NCBI RefSeq assembly: GCF_002571385.2 | Contig: NW_019217844.1 | Span: 528,240 to 592,239, forward strand | Reading direction: 5' to 3' | DNA length: 64,000 nt | Source of the DNA: Stylophora pistillata | Taxonomy: Eukaryota | Shown here: positions 1 to 20,953 of the stretch, piece by piece | Numbering within the stretch: position 1 is the first letter of the stretch | Layout of the letters: the number at the start of each line of letters is the position of its first letter | Notes under the pieces: generated by a model | Seen by the model: only the letters and a program-made list of their open reading frames with translations | Databases searched by the model: none | Told to the model about the DNA's origin: nothing | Position numbers and translations under genes: made by a program

Positions 1-701
1 TTGATAGTTGAGAAAAATAAACCATTGAAGAAAACATAACAGAACTATTTTGAAAATACATGTATCTTGAGAAAGACTTTTAATTCTGAGCTTGCTAGTT
101 AAATGTTATGTAGAATGATGTTCAACTTTTGTCAGGGGCATAATTCAAAGAAAGAAAGAAATCTAGGTCTTCTATATCTTCCAACTGGTTCACAACAGGG
201 CAGGCTACTCCTGAAGGTAGCTTAATTAAGAAGATATATGTAGTTCAAAACAGACAGATATAGTGGGAAGTTTCCATGAACTATGCTCTACTGGAAGTCA
301 AAAGGAATCTGTCAAGTCACAGCCTGGCTACAGATGAGAAACTCCACAACAAGTTTAACATAGTTTGACAACCCTTAAACTCGTTTTATAAGGTATAAGT
401 GATAGTTATCATTAAAATATAGCAAAGTCCATAAATTACCTCTGGTTCCCCTTCTATTCGTTTGGTTCTTTTTCTATAGCCAGAGAAACCACAGTTAAGC
501 AAGTGTTCCTTGGTGTAACCCATGCATGCATTTACTAGCTTTTGTCATTATTCATCTTAGGCTAATAGCAAAATATATCCATGTTTTATCAAGACCCTTC
601 AGTGAAAGTTCTCTGAATCCCTTCAACTCCCAGAAGTGATTACCCCGAGCTAACCGCCTCCCGGTTAGCTCAATTGAGCTATTGAGTTAGCAATTGAGCT
701 A

Positions 702-1072
702 ACCGCCTCCCGGTTAGCTCAATTGGTTAGAGCGCCGGATTGTGTTGTGCGGGAGGTCGAGGGTTCGAGCCCCGGCCGGACAAATACTCATGGTCTTAAA
801 ATAAGTGAGGAGAATTTGCTACCTTTCTATAATATCAAGAAATGGATAGATATTCTAGTCTTCTCGGATAAGGACGAATAAACCGTAGGCCCCGTCTCCT
901 GCAGGGTTAGGGGTAGGAGACGTTAATTTCCCACGCACGAGATTACTGTGTGGTGGATGTCCTCCCCTGGGGTGGGATGGGAGGGAAGGTGAGATCGTTA
1001 CATGGACTGAAGCGGCTGCCAGAGGCGCCTGATAATGCTGACGTTCGATCTCAACCTTATCATTGTAACTAG
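702..1072 (+). mobile_element. tRNA-derived SINE with Deu/Nin-type central domain
   Basis: tRNA-like head with A box TAGCTCAATTGG (~715-726) and B box GGTTCGAGCC (~762-771). The central segment GTCTTCTCGGATAAGGACGAATAAACCGTAGGCCCCGTCT (~858-897) resembles the Deu/Nin SINE core as I recall it. No intact cloverleaf. Confidence 0.75.
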
Positions 1073-1624
1073 ACACGTTTGTTGTTTAGAGTGCTTGAGA
1101 CTTTCTTTCTACTTTCTTTCTACCCCGTAACCTCTCTACAGTCTGCAAGCCATGCTGGCCTAAGACATCTTCATGTACACTGATGTACATAATAAAACAT
1201 ACAAATTAACCCCACAGACTCCTCCCCCAAAGGAAGAGTTGTAGATACGCACTGAGGCGCAACAGTGATTTCACTCTCCCCATATGCAAAACCGAGCGCT
1301 TGAAGAACAGTTTTATTTTTAGCCATATTTATAAGATGTACATAATTTTCATTCTTTCTTAACGACGAATTTGTAATATTTTATACCTCCTTTTTTATCA
1401 TCTGTATTTGTAAATATTCCGTAATTTAGCCTATGGCTGCAAGGTGTTTATAATAAAGTATCTATCTATCTAAGTATCTATCTATCCACATATCAAATAA
1501 TCATTTCGAAAGGTCAGACTAGAGGCATATTTAGCGTCCCTAGCAATTGAATCATTTGTGAGCTATTTAAAGCTCCCAAACTCATATACAGCTAAGACAA
1601 ATCTAATGAAATCTGCACACTTAC

Positions 1625-1653
1625 CTCGTTGATGCTAACCTCACAGTCGCCAT
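1625..1653 (-). CDS. Probable first coding exon (MATVRLAST...) of an unidentified gene divergent from ABL
   Basis: Minus strand reads caagATGGCG (strong Kozak/YY1 context), 29 nt open, then a perfect donor GAG|gtaagt. No phase-compatible second exon was found in the window. Confidence 0.4.
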
Positions 1654-1800
1654 CTTGAATTTAGCGCCGTGGAGCGAGTTGTGTCTTGCGCATGCGTATA
1701 TGAAAGTTTTGCTTAAAGCCCGCCAGGGAGGGGACTGGGAGCTGGATTAGTTTCCGGGTCGCATGACATCAGGAAAGTTTTTTGGACGGACGCAGAACTG
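1645..1800. promoter_or_regulatory. CpG-richer, probably bidirectional promoter of ABL and the divergent gene
   Basis: YY1-type CGCCATCTT (1648-1656), NRF1-type TGCGCATGCG (1687-1696) and local GC/CpG enrichment, lying between two oppositely oriented first exons. Confidence 0.5.
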
Positions 1801-1985
1801 TGAGTTTTAGTTTCTCATTTCCGTCTGTAGGCTAGCCTTAAGGCGACAACTGATCGAACCCAATGGCCTTGTTCTATGTGAGTTGTGGGTAATCTGTGCG
1901 AGAAGATCACGTCGACCATTCAGTCTGTAATATGGCACTTGTGGCGAGACGTGAAGAACCTAAAACCCAACTGTGCTAAGCCAGT

Positions 1986-11554
<9,569 letters not shown>

Positions 11555-14500
11555 TATTTATTTGCATTGTAGACACTTGGAAAAGAAAACATTTCACAGT
11601 GTTAGAGGAATTTTGAATTGAGACTCGAATGTAATCTTGGATTGCTTCAGTTTTGTTTTTCCAAGGTCTGAGATTGGTCAGAAAAAATTGTGCCATCCTC
11701 TTAAACCAATCAGATGCAAGATGTGGTCACTCCCATTTTTCTGTGTTTGAGGCCACTTACTTGTTTGTTCTTTAAATTTTCCTTGACACCTGGTAATATT
11801 AATTGCCTTTGTTCTGATTTTCCATTATGATTCCTTTTGTTTAGGTGTTAGGAATGTTAATCGAAAAAGGCTCTAGCATTTTCCATTATTTTTTATTTAG
11901 CAATGCTAGTGGAAAAAGGCTAGCTTTCAGTTCACTACTTGCATACTTGTGATTGGCAGCAATCGTCAAGTTGAGCAAGATTTGAGAAAAGTTTCACCCA
12001 TGAAACATAACGTAGAAACATCAATGTGTAAATATGGGTAGTTTTTATGTTAATTTTTTCCAGGCTGTTAATGTACACAGACAGGTTGAGATTTACACAA
12101 ATCAAAAATATCTCTTTGCCAATGTGAAGCTATATCTGTCTGGTTTAGAAGTACCTTTTCCCAAATTATTATAACATACAGAATTAAAACTGTTACAGGT
12201 GCCTAGCTTTCAGACAGTTTAAATGTTTTTCCAGCAGCATTTCTCCATCCCACCCAAGGAGGAGTTCTTGCCTTTACCCACCTCTCCTTTTTATACCTTT
12301 AAATATATGTCAGGAAGAAAGGCACCTGTTGTAGTTTAAATTGTTTCCATATGAAATGACACATCCTTTACCAGAAACTTGCAAAGGACCAATATTGAAT
12401 TATATAAAATTACAAGAAGAGCTAAAGATGCTAACACCCTCCCCCCCCCCCTCCACTTTTTTTCCTGTAGCAAGTCTTGGTTTTTTGCATTTGGGGGTAA
12501 GAGAGGGGAAATAATCAGCAAATGTGATTGCTCATTACTGTTTTGCAATGATAGTGGAATTATTTTTTACACAAAGCTATAAATTACGACTGAAAAAAAA
12601 AGTGCAAATAACACTTAATTGAATTAAGACTTGAAATTTGTTAACACTTTGGAGGAAGTCTTGAGAGAAAGAGCATACCCGTATGTGCAATTTGAATGGA
12701 ATTTTTAAGCACTGGTTGTTAAGATTAAAACTCAGCAATTTTAACATGTCAAAGCTAGTTTTTTTTTTTAATGATATACCATTATATAGTATATCATTTC
12801 ATCTACTTGTACTTATCCTCATCTGCTATTTGCTATGCTTTAACATTTGAATTGCACTTGAGGTTTACTCTTCTATTTATTGTTCTTAAATTTTGATAAA
12901 TATTTTCTTCAAGTGTCTCTTCTTCCTCTCTTTCCCATAAGAATTTTATGCATTAAGATAATACCCACTTCCTTCAAGCCTGGTTTCTACTAATGATTGT
13001 CTGGAACAGTTCCCTGACATTTTTTATTTTCTGTGGGAGTGAATAACATGTTGACCCCAGATATATGACCAGGAAAACAAGCTATTACATTCAGTAATGC
13101 TTGTGAACTACCAATGTTGAACTTATAAGCAAAAATTGCATCCTGTAAATCCACATTGTTTCTAGCCACAAATGCTTATTGAATGTGTGTGCCACTTGAT
13201 TTTGTTTGATACTGAGGATTGACATACAAGGAGCTAACTATATAGGAAGGATTTTTCATGTTGAAAGATATTCATCACTTATATTTGAAAATTATTGATT
13301 TACAGAAAATCTGCTAGCAATTAAAATTATAATTGCACAATTTTAGAAAAATGTATTCAGAGACGTTTAAAGGTTTTGTCAATAAAGACTTGCAAAAAGG
13401 CAAAAAAACTCACAAAGCTATATCGCTTGATAAAACTTTGCTGTGGTCCCTTTGATAAAAGTGAGATGAGTACAAAATTGCTGAGCTGAATTTTAGTCAG
13501 GTAGAATTTACTGCTCTGATCTGCTTGCAAGCTTATTATGTGCACTTGTTCAACCTGAAAAGCCTTAGGCAAGTAAGAGCTAAAATGAAACTGAATGGCA
13601 GACTTTTCTTCTCCCCTCTCCAATGAAATCAACACTATAAATAAGTATCATCATGTGAAGATTTGATTGATTGCAGTCTAAGTGCATTTTTCAATTTTTT
13701 TCTAAGGCAATCTCATTCAAAGGGAAGTAAAAACTTTCACTTTTGGAGGTAAATTCCTTGCAAAAACAGAGAGGAAATGCGAGTGTCTCCCCTAAAAACA
13801 AAACAAGGTGACAACAAAGACGTGATCTACAAATAGGCATTGTACCACTCTTTAGAAACCCACCAAACAAACACCACCTGATATAGGAAAAGACATAGGA
13901 ATCATACTCAAAATAACATACTTTGCTGTCTTCACACCCTTTTCTCAAAACGACAGACCATGCTTAAGTGAACCTTTTATTGATTTGAGCTTTCATTGAC
14001 CTCCACTGCATCATAATGATGCTATGCTCAATCCTCTCTACAACTACAATTGCCTGTAAAAGTTAAGGTGATCTTGACAATAGTTCCGAAGGAGTAGATG
14101 TGAACAAACAGTATCAACTATCCTTTTTTACATTACTTGGGGTAATAATGATAAAGAGTGCTCTGAGAGCATCTTTAAAGTTGCTGTCCCAAATCTCATG
14201 ACCGGCACATCCTGTTCTATGCAAAAATAAAGAATGACTAAGAATGAAATAAGCTATTAATCAGTTTGAGCTTTGCTGCTCTGGGGGGGGATTTCAATAT
14301 CTAACACTCTTATCAAGCCTTTGTTATTATTCAAGTGAAGAAAATGTTAGAAGTTAAGTGTTCAACAAACAATACAGTAAATGTAAGATTAAGGCTCTAC
14401 ATCTTAGGACTGGCCTGTTAAGTTGGTCAACATTGCAGTCGTACTTTATTGCTAATTATACCAAAGAATATAATGCAAGGAATATCAAATCACATAGTTA

Positions 14501-14707
14501 TACAAGTTCCATGAATATGTTGAATGCATATGAAATACACTTATAAATCTACCATTATGGTAGTACAATCTACAGTCTAAAGCAAACTGTTGATAAAAAT
14601 TGCTCAAAATAACACTCACCTGTCCCAATTTAAAGGTTGGACTGAAAAATCTAGATCTAAATTACTTTTTAAATATATAGGCACTTGCACTGGCTACAAA
14701 TTAGTGT

Positions 14708-17700
14708 TTAGAAACCCAACACGAACTGTCTGATGATGTCAGGAGCTGCAGAATCAAACCCAGCCATGTCAAGCATTCCTTTGTCATTTGGATCAGCCAA
14801 AGTAAATCCATTGGATGTCATTGCACAGACAATGAGCTTAGCATCAATACCAGAATGAACCCTGTATTGCTTAAGGGCCTCACTGGGGTGCACTGGTCCT
14901 GCCCATGTTTCACAGTCAGTGTAAATAATAAAGACATCAACCTTAAGGTTCTTTTCTTTAGCATATAACATAGGCTGTGCACAGTCAGTACCTCCCATGG
15001 GAACCTGCAAGACAAATTAAATATTGGCACTAGGAAACTGGTGGACAAATACAGACTGAGTGGGTATATGACTCAAAAGTTTTACAGAATAACTTGTTGC
15101 TCTCTCTGACAGCTACCTCAAAGAATAGATAATTTCAAAATATCAAAATTATTATTAAAGGTGACTGAAGTGAATATTATGTCATCTTAAAACTAGGCAA
15201 GATTCGTTGTTTACAGTTAAACAGAAAGCATGATGGTCTTTCAAATTTGTGCATTTCACATGGTTGACAGTCAACTGTCGCACAAGCCAACTCGCATACG
15301 TACATGAAACAACTCACACATGTAATGAACCAACTCGCACACATCAATAAATTAAATTTGCAAATAATTTTTGGTCACAATGTAGAGAACCCTTTAATTT
15401 TCCCAACAAGGGCATAAACTCTCTAAAGACTGAAAATAGGTGACAGTTAATTAAAAAAAAAAACTTGAAAGGCCAAAGCAATCCAAAGATGCCCAAAAAT
15501 GTTGATTTGGGACCCCAACTTAGCTGTCAAGTTTTACTTTATAAGAGAAACAACATTTGCAGGGCTTAAAGTAATTTCTCAACTTACCTGTTCAATGACT
15601 CTTAAAACTGTGTCAAGCCTCTGAGTGGAGTTAATATTCAGAGGCATCAATTGATGGGAAAAGCCCACAAAATGATACTGTGGCTCTGTCCGGGCTGTTA
15701 GCATTGCCATGGCAGCAGATGCAACCCTTGGGGTGATGGTTGTACCATTACAATTCCCCCAAGACATTGAGCCACTGACATCAATAGCCAGAAGATATCT
15801 CTTATTGGTGGGCTCGACAGTCTGCAAACAAACAAAAAAATTAAATTTTCATGTAGTTATTTCTGAAATAATTATGACTAGGGGTCCATTCTCTGAAAGT
15901 ACTGGTAACTTAACAGGCCTGAAACCATATTTTAACAACAAAATTTAAAGAATAGAAAAGCAGGTTCTTGCACCTCAACCAGTCCACCTCGCTTCTTTAG
16001 CCGATAGTTCAATTTATAATTTTCAAAAATTTGAAATCCTCATCTTAAATGAAAACAGAAGAGCTTCCTGGCAAGCCAGGAACTTAAAGAAACAGGCCCC
16101 AGGTCATATAGTTTTTGGGTTCAAATCATAATTATTAATGATGTGGAATGAGTGGAAAGTGTAATTAAGATCTTTCAACTTTGTCAAGTAATACTTCTGT
16201 ACTTTTTTTAATATTTCTCTAGGTCTGGAAAGACCTTCCAGATTAAAAATAGTCATAGTTAATCATCGTCTTGATATCACATCTGTAACATTTTTAAATT
16301 ATTGAGTGGATTTCTATCACACTAAAAAAAAAAAAATGACATTTATAATGCAACACTGAATGCTTTGACTTGAAGTATAAATTACAACATAAAACTGAGG
16401 TCTTACAAACTTAACCTACAAGCTTAAAGGGTTACATACACTGGACATAAACAGTACATCTCACACTTGTACACATACAAAACCAGGCAACTCTCCTTTC
16501 CACAAACCTTAAATGCAATGTAAAATGCCTCATCCAAAGCTGACACAATAGCTTGATTTGGTTGCCAAGTAAGCTTTCCTTTGTCTCCTTGACCTGCTTG
16601 ATACTGCTTCAGAGCCAACAGAATGGAAAATGGGTGAACGCGAGCATCTTTGAGACTCATCTCATCCCTCAACCTATCACAGACTTTTGTCATTCCATCT
16701 GATAAGGGGCCTAACACACCAACACTTGTCATTTTCCCAAGATTTCTGATCATGGCTGTCATAGGCATTTTATCAAGGAGTGCTTCCCAAATCTGTTAAT
16801 AGCAAAGAAGATTTGTTTTCATCACCAAGAGTACAATTCTAACGTCATGATGTGTGAATTGTTGAATTTAACAATAGGTAGAGTTAACCAAATGGTTTCA
16901 ACAAAAAAGTAACAGAACATATGCAGTGTAATCGTTTAGGGCCAAGTTGTTGAAAGGGTTAAGATAAGCCAGGGTTAGTGTGAAATTTGATTTCAGGTCC
17001 GAAAGCTTTCAGAGAAAATTCAGTTTAATTCCACTTGTCTATAATTTGATGATTGAGTGAATTGGGAAAATTATCCCAAAACGGCTTTTAAACTGAGAAA
17101 TATAGAAACCTGGAATAAAATATATCCTTGGTTTAGCACTAATTGGCCTTCGAACAACTGGGCTCAGGTGAGTAGTCTTGTTGAAGGCAACCATTATCAG
17201 TGATAATGACTGACATTTCCACAATCTAAATGAAAGTCTTGATCAATGCCTAGTCACTTGACTTCACTCGGAAAGATTTCCGTATAACCCCAAACCAATC
17301 AAAAACAAAAGCCGTAGTCCCAAAGGAAATTTGTTGTCTTGCATCTGCTTTCCTTTATCCTAGAATTGAATGTCTAATGAAGTTTGGGGTTACATGGAAA
17401 TCTTGCCCTTCACTCTGATGACCGTTTCTACCCAGCTTGTTTAAAACATCACTCTGTGTCGCTGACACCAGCCCCTTTCAAGACCACTCTCACTGTGACA
17501 ATCAGACTACACATTCATAATGAAAAGTGTCAGAGTAATGTTGTAGCGTTGCCAGTAATGGTAGCTTGATTAGTTGAGATCATAAACTTGACAAATCTAC
17601 AAATGATTGGGTATTCCTTTCGTTTACATATTTAAAGACAAACCGATTTAAAGCAGTACTGTTTACATAAGTTAACAAACCATTAGATTGGTATCATCAA

Positions 17701-18646
17701 TTGTGAAACACCTTATCAATAAGAGCTCACAGAAATTTGCCATCACAAGAATTTTTGAAATTTAATAGGATTTAATAACCCTAAAATATTGTGTTAAAAT
17801 TAAGTTAGTTACCTGGCTGGAGTTAAGATGGTTTGTGGGAATATGTTCCCTCACCATCCCATGCTTTCGAATGGCGCTGACCAATTCGTCTTCACCCAAT
17901 GTCTTGGCTTCTTCTACCGCTTCTAAAAAGGTGTACACGGAGGTAATATCCTGGCTAACTCCAGCCTTCCCTGCATCTTCTTTCACCGCTTCAAATCCTT
18001 TAATCACGTACTTCACAACGAACTGAATAGCTGGATCTGTGGGTTTCACGTGGCAAAGTCTAAAAACGTCCCGATGTGACCAGCCATTACGCTGTTTATA
18101 CTTGGTTACGGCCATTGCAAGGCCACGTGGCTTCTTTCCATTGTACCATTGTTGAATTGCTTTCCGATGTGCTCGGCCCCAGCCAGTCGATGGTTGGCTT
18201 AGGGTCTCGCAGATCTCGACGAAATTAAAGAGGTGAGTTGGAATTCGTAACACCTGGCCAAGGGCAGCATAAGCAGCCCTTTTGGTCTCCATGTGCTTCG
18301 ATCGAGCACACAAAGCCAAAGACAGGATTATCGGGTCTTGCTTAGCTGTGCGACCCTCAGTACTGTATTTGACAATGATTTTAACGGCTTCGGGACCCCT
18401 TCCTTCGGCGATAAGTCGCATTAAAGCTTGAGCGTTCTGTTGCCCAAGTTGTTGCTGCGTCGCGTAGTACGTTCCGCCTTCGCTTCCAAGTACAAGGAAG
18501 CGTCGAAACCGCTCTAAGTCATCAACTTGCCATACAAATCCCCCAGCATCATTTCGTACCTGGTTTGCCGCTATCGGCTCCGATTGTGGCGTATTTGAGG
18601 GGTCATTCGCCATTTCCACATCTTGAGGAGCTCGTCCTTCAGCCAT
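14708..18646 (-). CDS. RO60: Ro60 / TROVE2 60-kDa Ro autoantigen, about 549 aa, 4 coding exons: 18646-17813, 16792-16508, 15821-15588, 15004-14708
   Basis: TROVE domain ([67 protein letters not shown]). vWA domain with MIDAS DVSGS, MGGTDC and YTDCET. All introns are phase-0 GT-AG. Confidence 0.97.
16938..17165. mobile_element. MITE with GGCCCAGTTGTT-type TIRs in Ro60 intron 1
   Basis: Ends GGGCCAAGTTGTT...AACAACTGGGC. Internally homologous to the copy at 62597-62840. Confidence 0.75.
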
Positions 18647-18681
18647 GAATGAACCTTATAGATACTTCCGCTTGTTCCTTT

Positions 18682-18750
18682 ATTGGTCAAAAACTCGGTT
18701 TTACGAGCCTTTCAATTCACTTTCGTTTACACGATGCACTCGGACCGACC
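18682..18750 (-). ncRNA. Candidate Y-RNA-like Ro60-binding structure immediately upstream of the Ro60 ATG
   Basis: Minus strand reads GGTCGGTCCGAGTGCA...GTTTTTGACCAAT. GGUC-C-GA paired with UUGACC reproduces the bulged-C helix that is the conserved Ro60 binding site of Y RNAs. No expression evidence. Confidence 0.45.
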
Positions 18751-19076
18751 TGAGGTATTTTTTATCACCTTGCTATCGGTCTAAAAGCGTCTAGAGGGGT
18801 AAATTTCGTTCTTTCAAACGTATCCTAGGCCTTTGGCTCAGCAAGACGCAATGGCTGACGCGGCGAGGTCTCTGATTGACCCAGACTCCTCTCCTTTAGA
18901 AATAACGGTTTATTCTCTTCCGAGATAAACTATTTTCTACCCGATTTAGCTTGCCAATTTTCTCTTTCTCATATGTGAAGTTAGCAATCCTCAACACTTT
19001 GATCCACCATTTTTCAAAAACTTTGTCTTTTTATTACAAAAATCTAAAAAAGGTAAAGGAAAAGATATGGAAGATT

Positions 19077-19641
19077 GGCCGTAATAAGTAACCTCATTAG
19101 AAGACTGGACCCAATAGATCTCACCATCACTTTGTCATTGCTGTTTTCTGCTTCGATAAGCACTTTCGTTTTCATTTTCAGCAAATTTTTAATCAATGCA
19201 TGGCAATCATTTCGATATTTAGGGCTTAAAACCGATTATGATGAAATTGTTGACTTCACAGAGGCAATATGCTCCCCTTTTTCATCATGGAGAGCGAGGA
19301 GAGGGATTTTCAAACGGATGGTGGAGGTTTCGTTACCAGGCCTTTGCAGCAGAGTTCGTCTAAAAAGGAGGGGGCGGCTTATTGGAATTGAAGGAGGGCG
19401 CTTAATAAGAAGTTATTTACCTTAACTGGTTCCCTTGTACTTGAAACTTAAAAGTTATAAATGAAGAGGCAATAGGAACAGGTTTTTCTTGTATCCCTTT
19501 TATTTAAGAAAGCGAGGAAGGAGGGGGGGGGGCAAGAGGGGTGCTTGCTTGATATTATGATCTAGGGGGTGGGTGCTTATCGGGGGGAGGGCGCTTATAA
19601 GTCTTATTAGAACGTGGGCGCTAATTCGAAGAAATACGGTA
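19077..19641. mobile_element. Degenerate non-autonomous DNA element between Ro60 and BOK
   Basis: Several GGGCGCTT(A)AT motifs, a right terminus AAATACGGTA and a weak left counterpart CCGTAAT. Confidence 0.4.
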
Positions 19642-19817
19642 ATTCTATATTTTAATTTTTCTCGGCTCCCCATTTTGAATGTATATTCATAGTTAACATT
19701 CTTATTTTATTCAGGTGAAAAGTTTCATCGTCATATTGAGTCTCGATTTGGGCACAAAATGTCCAAGTAAGCCATAAAGCTCTTAGATACGAAAGCTTTC
19801 CGTAAGCCCAAAAGCAC

Positions 19818-20028
19818 TTAACCATTTCACTCTATGAGTGACCAAGACAGAATTTTTCCTTACAACTTCAATACAATATACAGAAGACAAGTGATGAGAA
19901 TAAAGAAAAATATTAACCAATGGATTATTAATTGATCAGATATCAAGTTCTGTAAGGTAACATCATAAGAATCGTATCACAGACAGTAGGGAGAATCAGT
20001 AATGAGATCTCGAGAGTGAGAGGGTTAA
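19818..20028. mobile_element. Abundant ~200-bp TTAA-bounded MITE (representative copy)
   Basis: TTAACCATTTCACTC...GAGAGTGAGAGGGTTAA. Related copies lie at about 9310-9478, 22080-22298, 25355-25570, 25590-25760, 35608-35770, 42537-42760, 46495-46700, 49605-49810 and 51750-51962, sharing GGAGAATTT..., ATTTCCTT..TTCTC.TGACC and GGAGAAATTAGATGC blocks. TTAA ends suggest a piggyBac-like origin (inference). Confidence 0.75.
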
Positions 20029-20953
20029 TACTTAATTGTTCAGACGGTTATTTTCGTCGGAGACCTTACTCCTCACAAAGTCAACAACGGTTTCAGTAGC
20101 TTTTCTTGTTGCTGTAATCACCCAGTAAATTTTAAGTGAAAATCGGAAGGGGAACAGCAGATGCACAGAAAATACTCCATTTTTACCTGCTTTTGATTTC
20201 TGAGTTTTCCTTCTCTGTGATTCTCTGTGATCCCCGATAGTAGACCGTTAGTTGGCCGACTGGTATTTTCTGGGGCTTGTTCTTCACAACTACCGAAAAT
20301 TTTTAGCTGATTTTCTATTGGAAGTCGACAAAGCAAAATCAGTTGTCCACCATGACCTTGTGTCGAGGTATCGGAGATATTTTTCGTTCTTATAACGAAC
20401 AGATATTTTTCACTCCTCTTTAAATGTACACGTAAAGTGGTTTACTCTTCGAATGAATTCGCTTTTGATCGTCCAAGAAAACCGGATCGAAGGCGACTCT
20501 ACTCACCGGGTGATTGTGGATTGTGGTTTGGCTCAGCACTAAAATTTGATTGAGATATTACAGTCAAGTAGCAAGGAATTTTCCTTTTCTCAATCACAGA
20601 TCCAATTCAGAAAGTGGGGCTGCATCTGCAATCATTTTGCCAAGAAAGAGGTCAAGATAATTTTAAAAAAAGTTTTCTTAGACGTGCGACTCCATAGTGC
20701 TTATCAAGCGCTCGTTAATTTCTTTCTTTGTAGGGCTGTTTGTCAGTAAACTTTTGCTAATTTTGTTTGTTTTTACGAACAATCCTATTCAAATGTTGTA
20801 TAGCCTCAGGAGCCCCTTGAACATGCCACCTGCTCTAAGTTTCCTTTCCACCTGTCATCTAAATCTTCACTCTAATTCGTCGGTTTGTTCTAAGCTTAAT
20901 GTTTTTCTCAAAGTGCAGAATTGAGTGAACGAGGAAATTTGTTTTCCGCGATC

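Noticed and set aside
706-780. tRNA gene
   Set aside because: A and B boxes are present, but the acceptor and anticodon arms are not canonical and the sequence continues into a SINE body.
13380-14450. Overlapping 3' UTRs of convergent ABL and Ro60
   Set aside because: AATAAA signals exist on both strands (+13381, +~14225; -~14445, -~13976), but the nearest ones give no overlap. This cannot be decided without 3'-end data.
16990-17010. Second GGTCCGA (Y-RNA 5' motif) in Ro60 intron 1
   Set aside because: It lies within a MITE whose other copy reads AGATCTAA here, it is antisense to Ro60, and I saw no partner TTGACY at a suitable distance.
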